A stretch of DNA of 64,000 bases from Heptranchias perlo (taxonomy: Eukaryota), in the NCBI RefSeq assembly GCF_035084215.1, contig NC_090353.1, positions 17,050,001 to 17,114,000 on the forward strand, written 5' to 3'. The notes under the pieces are model-generated. The model was given only the letters and a program-made list of their open reading frames with translations, had not been told where the DNA came from and made no database searches. Positions 13,505 to 26,325 of the stretch are shown in pieces; position 1 is the first letter of the stretch; every line of letters begins with the position of its first letter. Both the position numbers and the translations under genes were made by a program.

Positions 13505-14670
13505 CAGTGTTCAGTACATTAGCCACTACCCACATGTAGCTAATTGGGAATCCAGGTGTGGCTAATTGTATTTTTGATTACTAAATAAAATTGAGTAATA
13601 GACACCATTGGGCATGTGATCTCAATACCCATATTGTATGCATGTGTATTTTAACCTTTTTGTGTGTTTGTTGGTAAAATGGTAAGACAAAAAAACAAAT
13701 GAATGAGTGAGTGTTTTCCATTGTGATGTGCACTTTACTTCTTGGTTACTGCTTATTGGTTATCTGCTAAAATGGTGTGTAACATGCATGAAAATGCCAG
13801 ACTTCAGACCATGGAAACACCAGCAACATTGTATGGAGAGAGGAGCTGTGATTGTGGTCAGCTCGACTAATCGGAATAACTGCTCCAGGCTAGCAGAAAA
13901 AAGGCAGCACAACCAATAACAAGCAGCTCCAACAGGGCATGTCATGGAAAAGGACAAGCAGCATCTAACCACGTTCTGGATGGAGGGCAGAAGTGGATCT
14001 CGTTGTGCGAGTCAACATTCTCAGCATTCACTCTGAAGTCAAAGTACTGCTTGGAACTACTGGACAAAAACCTAGAAAGTACACTAAGATGTGGTATATC
14101 TGATAAATTCATGCCAAAACACCAAACTTGTTTGTTGTTGTTTTCATATGTTCACACTCTTCCTTTGGAGAATAGTGTAAAGTAGTGGAAGGATTTGCAA
14201 GCTGATTAACAGTCATTAATTAGACCGTGACGTGAACTCTCCTTCCGTTACTGTAGCTATCTTTATACCAGCCGATTGTGTGGTTAGTCCTTTTGCGGTG
14301 GGAGGGTTTTATGGGTTCCCACAACCCATATGATGAGGGGAAGAGGGCACCCACACCCACTACGTGAGTATCTGGCTGGATGTCAACCCAGAACTCAGCC
14401 GGACCTCTGGCCTCCACTCATTGGGACTGCCTGGAGCGGGGTTTGAACCTTGCACCTTCGGATTCAGGCATCAATCTTTGGTGAAGGAGAATGACAGCGA
14501 CGTTTCTCACTGAATGGTGGAGATGTTTGTTAAGTAAATATACATATGAAGTATATTTGCCTGTATTGTGTGTACAGCGTTTTTCACTAAAATTAGTGCA
14601 TGTGACTGAAACCGTGTTAGCGTAGCCATGCCAACAGTGGCTGGCCACCTATTTCTATTGGACAACACTG
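13505..14670 (+). mobile_element. hAT (Charlie/MER3-like) DNA transposon remnant
   Basis: Termini CAGTGTT... and ...TATTGGACAACACTG. Flanks TGCTCGTC and TGCTAGGC match at 6/8, consistent with an 8-bp TSD. Subterminal TAGCCACTACCCACATGTAGCTA motif. ORF 14003-14185 (CESTFS...KSKY..L.D.NL...LR) resembles the hAT C-terminal dimerisation domain. Confidence 0.75.
14215..14525 (-). mobile_element. tRNA-derived SINE inserted within the hAT remnant
   Basis: Minus strand carries a B-box GGTTCAAACC (forward ggtttgaacc at ~14440) in a GC-richer block that interrupts the hAT sequence. Family not recognised. Confidence 0.45.
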
Positions 14671-15486
14671 TGCTAGGCAAAATGCTTGCGGTACCTTTTA
14701 GTCCAACAATTCTTTACTGTGAGCAACAGAGTTGTAAAGCACTGTGATAACTCTGCCTGGTCTCGGGCATTTGAGTTGTGCAGTTGACACTACTCGGTTT
14801 ATTCTGTGTAAAGTGTTAATCTCTAACATTTACTCTGTATATAATCTGACTTTAACTGAGGGATCAGAGGGCTCCATATACACCATGAGGGAAGTTGAAG
14901 AAATTTATCAACTGAACCATAAGATTTTGGGTTGCAGTATTTAACTTCTGGCACCAATCTTAAATAATCTATATTGTTTGTGGAATTTGTATTTTATCTT
15001 TGCTGTTTCACAGTTCTGAATTTTCTTTCAGGGGAGGGGTGATTAACTTCCAGTGTATCTATGAAGTGCTAAATGATTGGGGAGTTTGTTGCAGCTTCTG
15101 ACATTTCTACAGGTTGTGCAAGAAAATAACTTGCAATAGATAACAAAAAAATACCATAAATAGTATATTAAACACTGCACAGTGAGCAGCCATGTATATA
15201 GTATTCCAGAATCTAAGGAATGCACTTCAGGCATTTCCAGTATTTTTTAAAATGGAAATTCAATGTATCCTTCAACTAAATTATTAAAATTCCAGGAAAA
15301 GATTACTTTTGTGCTTGGTTTGTTATTTGTGCTTATACCAGTTACATGTGAGTAAACATTTGATTGAATGCAAAAAATGTCTTGCTTTTGTTTTTTCAAT
15401 TCAAAACAAAATGTTTTCTGAGCTCTACTGATGTGCCAAACAGATCATGTTCAATCCCTGGTTTTTGAATCAACAAATTTTAGCCA

Positions 15487-15720
15487 GCACAGTGGTAAGG
15501 GTGTTGCAGTTTTCCTCAGCATACCCAAGAAATTGGTGTGGGTTCCTGTTCTTGATTGCTATCCAGTGACCCCCTGCTGGAAGTGTGCATTTTTAGAGGC
15601 GAGTAAGGATATGAAGCGGCATAGCTTGGACACCCCCATGAATTAATAATCTGTCAACGCTCACTGTTGAGGCAGCAAGGAATCAATGCTTTCGGGGGGA
15701 GGAGAAAAAATTCGCAAAAA
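15487..15720 (+). mobile_element. AmnSINE2-like SINE (partial)
   Basis: Shares ggttcctg.tc.tgat.gctatccagtgacccctgctgg with the copies at 33330, 49045, 51595 (reverse) and 54295. Confidence 0.6.
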
Positions 15721-16179
15721 TCCTACCCATACTTGACTCCCCAGTTAACCATAAATTACAAGCTGTAAGAACAGCCACAATGGTCTTGCTAGGTGCCCCT
15801 CTATGGCATCGACGATCCTCCAGTACCTTGCCCAATTGGCTATTCATATGTGAGCTTAGACGGTGAACACTGACTATTCAAATGAAGATTGATACACATG
15901 CATTTTTAAACAAGGGTCATAGTTAGAGATCAGAGTTTGAATGCAGGTGTATTTTTCTGGATAGATGTATCTGCAATCAAGTGTATGCTGCAGGGAACAT
16001 GAGCAAAGGTGCAACAGGGAAAATTAGATTCTAGATGCGGTGCCTTTTGCTGGGGTCTTCTTTAGGGGCCTATTTAAAGACATTTCCAGATATGCTTTGC
16101 AATCTAAATGAATGAAAAATGGTAAATTTATTGAACTGTGACTAGATCGGAAACAATGATTTATTTTCAGTCATAAATG

Positions 16180-17990
16180 AAGGTGGAGAGGCCAGAGTCC
16201 GAGGAATAGAGAGTTCAAGGGGTTCAATTGGGGGTTGGAGGAAGTTCCAGGGAGCAGTGGCGCCATGAACGGATTTAAACATAGGACAAGAATTTTAAAT
16301 TTAAGGCATTGTGTATCAGGACCTGGGACAATGTATGTCAGTGAGGATGGAGGTGATGATGAGTGGAACTTGGTGCAGGCTAGGATACAGGCAGCAGAAT
16401 TTTGAATGAACTGAAGTTTATGGAGGGTGGAGGATGGGTGATCATCAGACTAATTTGGCTATGATCAGATAGGTGAGTAGACCTAAGCAAGGGCAGAACA
16501 CCACAGAGCCGGACAATGGGGGAGAGGCATTAGAGGAGGGTGGTGCGATTAATAATATCGAAGACTGCAGAGAGGTCAAGGACATTGAAGAGAGATAATG
16601 CACAACAGTAACAGAATGTTGTTTGTGATTTTGATTAGGGCTGTAAGGTTTCCAATCCTCCCACAGCACCAAACTGGAGAGATTCAAACAGGGTGTGGCC
16701 ACAGATTTGGGAGGTGACAACAGTTCAAGGACCTTGGAGAGAAAAGGAGGTTGGAGTTGGGATGGTAGTTAGTGAGGACAGAGGAGTCAAGGGTGGGGCT
16801 TTTGAGAAGGAAGGTAATGACCGTGGTTTTGAAAGGGCGGTGGTAAGTACTTTTTAGGAGAAGAAGCCATGGACTTTATCAGCAAACTTAATGGCCAGAA
16901 ATGGAAGTTGCATGGTCAGGAGTTTAGTGCGAATTGGCTTGAAGGAGCAGGAGGAAGGTCTAAAGGGCAGGGGGAAAGAGATGGGAGAGGAACTAGAGAA
17001 ATACAGTGGTACAAGGCCAGAGCAGGAGGGAAACTGGGAGGAGGCTTGGCTTGGTGGGCAAGGGGAAACAGCTGAAATGGCTGATAAAGAAATCCATCAG
17101 CTCTTTGCACTTTGTGTTAAGAGGTGAGGGTAGAGGGAGCTGGGGAGTGGGTTTTATGGAAGCTGTTGATAGTAGAGAAAAGGAGCTGGGGATTATCCAT
17201 ATCCTCCAAGATGACCCTAGAGTATTTAGGTGGTTTTGGCAGGAAAACAAGGCCTGTTAGAGCTTGATGTGGTCGAGCCGGATCTGCTGATTGATGGCTG
17301 AGCCAGGCATGCTCAAGTTTGTGCTCCTTGGACTTGAGGGAGCAAAGATGGGGCTGTATCGGGGAAGTAACGGATGGGAGACAGTGAAGATCTTGCTGGG
17401 AGCAAGAGCATTGTATGTGGACGGTAGGAAGTGGTTGAGCAAATAAACAATTCCAGATACATTGAGGGCAAAAGGCTAGCCAGCTGGGATTTTAGAGTGT
17501 GGTTGTAAGTGACTAGTGGGAGTGTTTTTTCCAGGGTGGATGCAGATCAAAGTAGGTTATGGAGATGTGGGTGGTGAATAATACAAGAATGGTCAGAGAT
17601 AGGCCTGTTGGTGATCAAGGCCACAGGATGTGGCGAGGTCGAGGACGTGGACGTGAATATGGGTAGGAGAGTTTTAATGGACTTAGAGCTTTAGGGAGAA
17701 CAGGAAGGCAATGAATTCAGGGGAGAGAGGAAAAGGGGAGCAGAGGTGAAGATCAAAATCACTGAGTATGAGGAGTCGCTTGGTGCAGAGGCTGAAGGAA
17801 GATAGAAGGGATGATCGTTCTGGGAGAAACTCAGGATGGGACTTCGTAGATAACAAGGATTTCAAAGGAGAGGTGAGAGAAGTGGAACAGGGTGAGGTGC
17901 TCGAAATAGGCAGAGTTGCCAGAAGAGAAGGGGGAGGGACCAATGTGCAACATGGTGATAAGGGCCATACCGTCACCACAGTGATGGTGC
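16180..17990 (-). mobile_element. Degraded L2 LINE fragments (endonuclease to 3' end)
   Basis: The minus strand gives remnants such as RLLILSDFDLH (endonuclease 'ILGDFNIH') and purine-rich reverse L2 text, with many stops. Confidence 0.65.
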
Positions 17991-19519
17991 GAAGCTGTTA
18001 GCTATACTTAACCACTAACACTACAGACGTAGTGTAAAATGCAGCTTAAATTTGTTCGTATTATCTGATATCATAGCATTTCTTCACTTTTTTTTCTGGT
18101 TTTATTTTGTTTTAGGTTTTGAGTAAGCCAAAAGGTCAATATGCACTCAGACTCCACTGCAATGAGAGAGTTGAATTTAAGAAAAAAAATTCCTTTTATG
18201 GGTTTCTTAAACTTTTAACAGCTGCTCTTGCAACCTCCTCCAGATGTGCGAGTGGGTGAACAATTTCCTCCACAGCTTCCAACTGGGGCGTTTCCATGGT
18301 GTAACAAATAAAATCAGTTCTCTTGTGTAACACTGGCCGTCTGCCTTTGTTTTAGACTCCAACTGAATTCTGCTTCCAAATCTGCAAAGCGGACTTGGAA
18401 ATTTATTGGTGTGGATTTCAGGATTGAAATCGCCACCCAACTTGGGTCTTGTTTTTTTCCTCTCCTGGGTTTACAATAATTATACTGCAGACTGGAATGC
18501 AGATTTCAGAGTTTCTCCATTATGCAGTGTAAGCAAAGTATAGGTTACTCAGCCAAGAACTCACCAGACAGAATACACTGTAGGCAAATTGGAGTATAGA
18601 AGGTGCAGAACTACAGCTCTTTTTCCATGTCCCAACTGTTGCAAATTCAAAACTATTACAATTTTTTTAAATGTCCCTTGTTAGAATGTCGGTATTCACC
18701 ATTTCCTCTCAAAAAACATTAGACGTGTGGCTGGAAAAAGGAATCCTTCATCTTTTTAAAGATTATTGTTAGAATGCATATTTGTGGGCAAATCAATTTG
18801 CGGTTGCTTCCAATATAATTCTGAAGAATTTTTTTCCTTTCCTTGCTAGCAGATACTGAGGTCAATTGAGCAAATGAAATTAGTTCAGTTAACACAGACC
18901 AGGGAATTAAACCCCAGACTTCCTGGTCTGTATGGTTTAGTTTCACATCACGTGCTTTCACCCACATGTGGATTTCCACTGTGTGTATTCCAATAGATGT
19001 TCAAAGAGCTAAAGACTAATTATGCTCACAGGGCTCAACCATGGAGTATGTGATGCAGCTATCTTGAAATATCAGAATGGAGAATCCTTTTCAACCACCT
19101 CTCAACACAGTGCAGAGATTTCTGTCCTGATAGTTTCTGCCCTTCCCTGAGTCTCCAGTACTCAGTGGCTTTTTTGGAAAAACAAATACATATCTACATC
19201 TAGTGAAGTCACCTGTTCAGTGTTGTTACGCAGTACTTGTGACTGTATGTTGAACTGTTGGCTTCTTGTACTGTTGTCGCTCTTTTTTCATAGTTTGAAT
19301 TTCTCTTCCAAAATTAAAACCTCTAACATTTTGCATATCTTCCACCTCTCCCTATATTTCTGTGCGGTGTCTGCCATGTGATCTGATGTACATGGCTCAG
19401 GGATGATGCCAGTTTCTGGTGCTGAAGGGGACTGTATTGTCATCCAGTTCTTAGTCAAAATCATTTGTTGTACAGTACATATTTTTTTTTAAATCAGCAT
19501 GGATATTTTCACTTATCTG

Positions 19520-20330
19520 ACACTGCTATGAAATGCTTTGGAAAGACAGTTAAAATCTTTTATCAGCAGATGTTGGGTAGCCTGCTGTTGAATGAGGAAA
19601 ATTAGGAATGATGTATCAGCAGAATGCAAGATTTGTGTTCTTTTGCCACCTGGGTGTCTGTTGCATGCATGCAACAACCGTCGTGCTGAAGCATCTCCAA
19701 ACCAAGTTACTGAGAAATGCACGTGAGTTTCTATGTGCACGATACAGAGTTCACACTATCTTCCAGCTTAGGCAAGTAGGTTTTTACCTACAGGGAAAGC
19801 CCAAGTGTGTGTAAGAATGCTGGTGTGGTTTAACCAGCTAAAACTGTGAGTGGTGTTGGGAAACCTTGCCTCATTCCTTTTTTGAGAGAGGGTGGGGGCA
19901 AACTTGTAAGTCTCCCATATGTTTTTGAAGTTGGAGTAATCAACGATTCAGCCAAATACTCTCAAAACTTCCAGTTTTGTCACAATGGCCACTTGAGGCA
20001 CTATGTTGAAAGTCTTATGAAAATCAATGGCAGAAATGTAAGTGGGTTTCCCTAACCTTTTAACAGATAACGCCTGCCCCATGCATTCCTCGTGAGAACA
20101 AAATCCAGTCTATTCCTCTGATTACACCAAAAGGCATCTAATGCAACAGATATACATACTGCAGAGAACTGAAGAACCATTAGTACCAGTGAGATTCCTT
20201 GGTAGTTGCAAGTGTAGCTAAAATCCACCTTGTGGATAGAAACTACGGTTGCACTCTGGAACAACAAAGGTATGTATGCCTCAAATGGAGTCCTCTTCCC
20301 CAGTCTCCAGAAGGACAGCTTCAATAGATG
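19520..20330 (-). mobile_element. Degraded RTE-like LINE reverse transcriptase fragment
   Basis: Minus-strand remnants ATVVSIHKVD..TCNYQGISL, AIDFHKTFNIVP and GMRQGFP follow the order of RT motifs. Confidence 0.6.
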
Positions 20331-21365
20331 TCAGTGATTATTGGCACTCATCTCTAAAACCATTTGTCTTTTTTTTCTTCCTGCCCTTCCCTGCCCTCTT
20401 TCCTGAAGTAGTTTTTAGACTGCAAGATAACTATAACACATGGAAACTTGAAAAAGAGGGAAACTACAAATTTTAGCAAGGTAGGTGTGAAATGAGGGGT
20501 GAAAAGTATGGAGCATCACCCACTCTAAGCTGATCAACTTTAGGGGATTATAGAAATACCTTTTCTGCTTGAAGCCAGATCCACATCTGCCTTCATTCCA
20601 AAGCATTCTACTATGGTATTTAAGCTCCTAAAAGGGAATAGATCAACTGGATCCCAAAGTGATGTTCAAATTAACACAAACTCTAGGACAAGAGGACATG
20701 GTTTCAAGATTAGACAAGAAAAGATATATAACTTCTTCATGCAGAGGGTGGGAAGTATGTGAAATAGCCTTATCTAGGGAGGCAATACAAGTGTTATAAA
20801 TTTCAAGATGCTGATGGATACATTTTGGTAGACCAGGTTACTGAAGGGAACGAAAGAAGTGGGGTAGGAAATCCTGTGTCCTTTGGCAATGGACAAAATT
20901 AGTCTTTTCCAATTGTGCACAATTGCATGTTCCAGGGATGCTAGGACATATCTGGAGAGAGGGTTAAAAAGTATCTCATTCTTTTTTAAAGCCTTAATCT
21001 AGTAATGCATTTGGTGAACCGTGGTCTCCTGGAGCTTGCTTGATTGACTTATTGAGTTGTGGAGGAATTTCACAGGGTTTTACCCGAAGTTGGCCGTTAT
21101 TCTTTTTGGTGGAATTACTTCTCCTAAGCATTACTAATGATCGGGAAGGATGGTTCACAAGGATTCACTGTCTAACAGAGTTCCAAGTGGTGTTTTTACA
21201 CCCTTATTTTCACATGTATATGGCCTTTATTGAAGTAGTATGCACACGGTCTGTACAGTAAGTGTTAACCAGGTTTATATCCATTGGTGATGAGGAATCT
21301 AAGCTTGTACTAAACCAATTGAAAGCATCAATGTTTCTAAATTTTGTTTTTCAGGCGCAGCTTGA

Positions 21366-21410
21366 ATGTGGGAGTCTATCCTTAGAGGCATTAACTCCCT
21401 GTTGCCATGA
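21366..21410 (+). other. Upstream ORF ([14 protein letters not shown]) whose TGA overlaps the MARCHF2 ATG
   Basis: ATG at 21366 lies in the exon after the acceptor ttttcag (21354). The frame is open for 14 codons to TGA 21408-21410, overlapping the main ATG at 21407-21409. Confidence 0.6.
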
Positions 21411-21582
21411 CAACAGGCGACTGCTGTCATCTTCCGGGGTCTCTCTGTGATTGTACTGGCAGTGCCACCTTTTCTAAGACGGTAGCAGCAGCTGATGTGG
21501 GTCGGCCTCAGTATGTCACGCAAGTAACAGCAAAAAATGGACGTCTGCTGTCAACTGTCATTAAGGCTCTAAGCACTCAAAG
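21407..21582 (+). CDS. MARCHF2: E3 ubiquitin ligase MARCHF2, coding exon 1
   Basis: gccATG Kozak context. Encodes [58 protein letters not shown](S), the MARCH2 N-terminus. 176 nt, donor AG|gtaagt; exon acceptor at 21354. Confidence 0.97.
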
Positions 21583-22405
21583 GTAAGTGGGATGTGAGCT
21601 GCTAATGTCAGAAAATAGGAATGCATTTGTCCCTATTCCTACTGTTTCAAGGCATGACCTGACAAGAGTGCATTGTGTTTAGCAGCTTTGAAGCTATCGT
21701 ACTTTTTAACTAACTCTCTGAAAATTACTGGGAGACCAAGTTTAAATGCCAAATGGTGAGCCATTGGTGACTGCAGTATACCTCTTAATTGTCTCATTTT
21801 AATCGGGATGCCACAACATTAAACAGCAGCTTGCAAAATATCAGCAACAGCAGACTACTAAGCGGCCAAGTCAGTTAATTTTCTGGTTCTACAGGAAACT
21901 ATTCCCCTTTCCCCTCTTTCTCCTCCTCAGCACCAATGCAAATTCCACCTTTTTGACACATTGCTGATTGAACTGCATGTTACATGGGTTTGTTGATGAT
22001 TCAGATGGTTTCAGTTGGTGGGCAAACTTTGCGTGATATGAAAAGGAGATAATGCAATATATAACTTCCTGATGTGTTAAAGAATGACACAATAGTGCAG
22101 CATGTTAATGTGTGTTATAGAGTGGGACAGAACTGGCGAGGTTCCAGTCTTGTTAGGGTGGTCTAGTGTAGAGGCATTGGGCTCCAGCAGCTGGACCTTT
22201 CTTAGAAAGTATAATTTAAGAGCTCCATTGACAATCACTTGGAGATTGGTGTGTGGAGTGGGGGAGGAATTAGGCTACAAAATCTGTGAAGAAATAATAC
22301 ATATTAAGAAAAATCCCTGATCTGTTTGTGTGACTGTTTCCTGTTTTAGTTGGAGTGGAGTGTGAGATGTATGGGTGGCATGTTTTGCTATGGATATCAC
22401 CCCTT

Positions 22406-22932
22406 GGGCTTGAAATTCTGGTAGTCCTACTCTGCCAATGGAAGTGTGGTAGAGCAGAACTCCCGGATGCCCAGAGCCAGGGCGCAGACCTCATTCCAAA
22501 TTCTGCGGTAAGGCCGCAGGTGCCTGCAAGGATACATCAGGAGCACACCCCAACATAGCTCCTAGAAGATCGGAGGAGCACCATGCCACTCCGAGGAGGG
22601 AAGAATGGCCCTGGAAGGGGCCAACAATGGAGGTAACTTTTTTTTTGTTCTGCTCCCAGTGGAGCTAGCAGCTGAGGTCACTAAGGACATTGATGTCTTT
22701 CAAAAAGCCTTAATGGTACTCGTGCGGCTCTCAGCTGGTGAGAGTTCAGCTAAGGCCTGCCAAGGGATACTGGGTGGTGTTCAATGGGTTGCATGAACAC
22801 ACGCACACGCACACACCAGCAAATCTACCCACACGCCCTAAAGGCGGACCGGAGTGCTGCCCCAGTTTTCTGGTCTCCTGACCTGAGATGTGGCCCACAT
22901 GTGTCTGGATCCAATCAGAATTTCAGGACCCC
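22406..22932 (+). mobile_element. Non-autonomous Harbinger-like element
   Basis: TIR-like ends GGGCTTGAAATTCTG and CAGAATTTCAGGACCCC, followed by TAA. Internal Myb-like remnant VELAAEVTK. Confidence 0.5.
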
Positions 22933-23499
22933 TAACTTCAAACAATTTTGGCATTTAATTTTGAAATGTTGCATTTTCGAAGATGACTACATTTTTTAAT
23001 GTAAGTTGATTTCTTCAGTCTGCTCGGTTTCCACTCAAACCTTGAACAGGGTTTGATTGGAAAAAAACATCTTCCCACAGGATGGTGGATGTGGAACAGA
23101 TTCCCAGAGAAGGGAATTGATTTGGTGTCAGTTGGCACATTTTTAAAGGAACTGAACTGATGCCTTGAATAGGGATTAATGGTTAGAGGGATAATACTTA
23201 ACACCACTGGGTGATTTTCTTCCCCACCCCCCCCCAAAAAAAACAATTAAGGAAGGAAATTTGTACCCCTTAAAGTAGAGGATCAACAATTGATGTGAGA
23301 GGGAAGTCTCTGATTAGAATAATCAGACATGAACTCTGATGGAGCTGGATTGATGGGCTGAATGGCCTTTTCTTGCTCTGGATTTTCTTATCCAGTGTTG
23401 TTTTCGTCAAACTATAATGAGGAGGAAAACAGACATTGGCAAAAGTTTGATTTTAGTCAATGAGACTAAAATTGGAATTAAAATTCTTTTGAAGACTAC

Positions 23500-23875
23500 A
23501 ACAACTACTTTTATTTATATAGCACCTTTTTAATGTAGTAAAATGTCATAAGACGCTTCAAAGGAGCGATTATTAAACAAAATTTGACACCAAGCCACAT
23601 AGATATTCGGACAAGAGGTAGGTTTTAGGAGCGTCTTAAAGGAGGATAGAGAGAGGTGGAGAGGTTTAGTAGGGAATTCCAAAGCTTAGAGGTTAGGGTC
23701 TATGCAGCTGAAGACACAGCCACCAATGGTGGAGCGACGAAAATCGGGACTGCACAAGAGGCCAGAATTGAAGGAGCGCAAGACCTCAGAGGATTGTAGG
23801 GCTGGAGGAGGTTAGAGATATGGAGGGGCAAAGCCATAGAAGGATTTGAAAACCTGGATGAGAATTTTAAAATCC
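23500..23875 (-). mobile_element. L2 LINE 3' end
   Basis: Reverse L2 tail (aacaactacttttatttatatagcacc...ttttaggagcgtcttaaaggagg...gggaattccaaagc), complementary to 38090-38365. Confidence 0.75.
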
Positions 23876-25025
23876 TCAAATTATTTGCAAATTATTTTAG
23901 AATAAGTCTGAAATTTGAGATCGAGATAAGACTGAAAGTAAAATTATTTCTGGCACTAAAAATACAATGGTCACTAGTGCGCAACTTTTGTAACAGATGT
24001 GTTGGCATTTGGAACAGGCAGATAAAGGCTCAGTTGTCATTTCAGGCCCAGTTTATTATTTCTCAACGTTTTCTGTGGTCTGTGTGTTGTGAACGCCAAA
24101 AAAACAATTGACACTACTTCCTGGCTAGACTAGAATACAACTATTGAAAGCAAAAGCTAAATTTTGTACTTAAATTTTTCCAAGACTTTAACTAAAATGA
24201 GACTAAAATTTGAGAGAGACAAGACCAAAACTAAATTTATTATAGGATTAAAAGTCTGGAAACATCTCTGCTAAGCTGGGGGGAGGGAGCAGTCAGCTGC
24301 CTGCTCCAGACTCCTGCAAGTGTTTTCTGTGACTGGCTAGTGGGAGGTGCAGAGTACTGGACAGACACAATTTGATTTTTCCCTCCATCCCCAGGGAAAT
24401 GTCATGGCTTTCATTTGGCTCCTACTTGATGCAGCTCAGGTTGGGAACTGAATGCAGCAGATGGAACCTTTTCATTTTCTCTCAAATTCAGCATCTGAGG
24501 AAAACTGAATTTCTTCACAATTAATAAAAATACAACTGGTATTTTAATGCTGTGAAATTTCTGTTGGTAATTTAATTTCAGTGGACCATTTGAAGGGCCC
24601 TACATCTCAGAGATGATCATAAAAGTTTTAATTTCTTTTGACTATTTGAACATTGTGTTTTGGTGATGAAGGTCTGTCATCATTTTATGCTTGGTGTAAA
24701 TATCTCAGAGATGGGAATGAAGAAGCTATAGTTTAATGGAGGGCATCAAATTTGAGCGTGAAGCTAAGGCAATTAATAAGCCTTATCAAACCCCAAAATT
24801 AGGTTATAGCCTGGAACTTGATCTCTGGTATTTCTTATTTATTGCATAATCTGCTTATTGGTTAGTCAGTAACTACGTTGACTGTCTCACTGCTGTGGAA
24901 TTCACAATTAAATTATTTAATACTGCAGTATTAGCAGGTGGTAATGTGCAGTAGAATGCAGATACTTTGCATATACAGTAGGTAATGCAGCATGTCTTAG
25001 TAAAATGTATTCGTTTCACTTCCAG

Positions 25026-25221
25026 TGATGGACCAATTTGCCGGATATGTCATGAGGGCAGCAACCTGGAAAGCTTGCTGTCACCTTGTGATTGCACTGG
25101 AACACTCGGGACAGTTCACAAAACCTGCCTAGAGCGATGGCTTTCATCTTCCAATACCAGTTACTGCGAACTCTGCCACACTGAGTTTGTGGTGGAGCGA
25201 AGGCCTAGACCTTTGAGGGAG
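25026..25221 (+). CDS. MARCHF2: MARCHF2 coding exon 2 (RING-CH domain)
   Basis: ttccag| acceptor. Encodes [54 protein letters not shown] (C4HC3 RING-CH). 196 nt, donor GAG|gtaggt; phases are consistent. Confidence 0.98.
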
Positions 25222-26115
25222 GTAGGTGTAGTAAAAAGATTGTAGGATGCATTACAGCATTAAATTTAAAGGTAACATTTGAAAAGTAGTTCTCTAATTT
25301 TTGTTGGTTTTGTTGCAGATTTACATTTGTTGATGTGAATTTTATTCCTTTGCAAGATTTTAACAATCTTTTTCAGACTTTAAGGGACTAAATAAAATAA
25401 ACAGTATCACGTGTTAAGCAGGGCAAATGTTTTATATAGCACTTTCACCACTTCTTGATTGGATCTGTAAATGGAGAGCCTTGTAGTAATGATGTAATCG
25501 ATCTTGGTAGAGTTGGGGAGGAAAGGGACAGGGAGCAAAGTACATGCTGGAGGTATACTCCTTTTGCACTAACAATACTTCTTGAGCTGGGAGGGATTTT
25601 TTTAACTCTACAACAGCAACTTTCATTTACATAGCACCTTTAATTTAGAAAAAGGTCCCACAGTGTTTTACAGAGGCGAGAGGAAAGTAGAAATTAAACC
25701 TTTTGCTTCCTCTTTATTAGGTGTCATCGGTTGTGATTGAATAATTGAACCCTCTTGAAATGCAGACTTAGTCATTGGGCCATGAATGCATTCAGTCCAA
25801 TGGATGTAATGCTAATTTTAAAAGAAACTGTTGATAGAAAGCAGACTACTGACGATCACCCAACCAGTAGAGCATCGCGGGGGAAGGTTTCCTCAGCCCA
25901 CTATCTTCAACAAAATCGTATACTCATCTATAAAGGAACAAGTTTATGGTTTTGTTGCAATGCATACAGAGGCAATTTCCCCCACCTAGTGCTACAAACG
26001 TGGCCATTTCCTATAGTGCTTACTGAAAGCTACATAACAAGTCTACTGTGCTGTATGTGTCTGTTTAGAATGTACACTTGATTTAGGAAGGTAATTAGAC
26101 TGTCCTGTCTTTCAG

Positions 26116-26325
26116 TGGCTCAGAGACCCGGGTCCCAGGAATGAGAAGAGGACGTTATTTTGTGACATGATTTGCTTTCTTTTCATCACTCCATTAGCAG
26201 CAATCTCTGGCTGGCTCTGTTTGCGAGGGGCACAGGATCATCTACAATTCAACAGCCGCCTGGAGGCAGTTGGACTTATTGCACTCACTGTTGCACTTTT
26301 TACCATCTATGTCCTGTGGACACTG
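26116..26325 (+). CDS. MARCHF2: MARCHF2 coding exon 3 (two transmembrane helices)
   Basis: tttcag| acceptor. Encodes [70 protein letters not shown]. 210 nt, donor CTG|gtaagc. Confidence 0.98.

Noticed and set aside
18090-18130. Strong polypyrimidine tract plus AG at 18114-18115 as an extra MARCHF2 5' UTR exon
   Set aside because: The nearest donor-like GTAAGC gives only a 7-nt exon and no other convincing donor was found; unsupported without transcripts.
19370-19450. Possible C/D box snoRNA (GATGATG...CTGA)
   Set aside because: The boxes are too close together and there is no clear terminal stem.
24985-25245. ORF-track starts and ends for the MARCHF2 and RAB11B exon ORFs (e.g. MQHVLVK..., MPQTISIP..., MRTDPVW...)
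   Set aside because: The extensions are intronic read-through; true boundaries are set by the AG/GT sites listed in the features.
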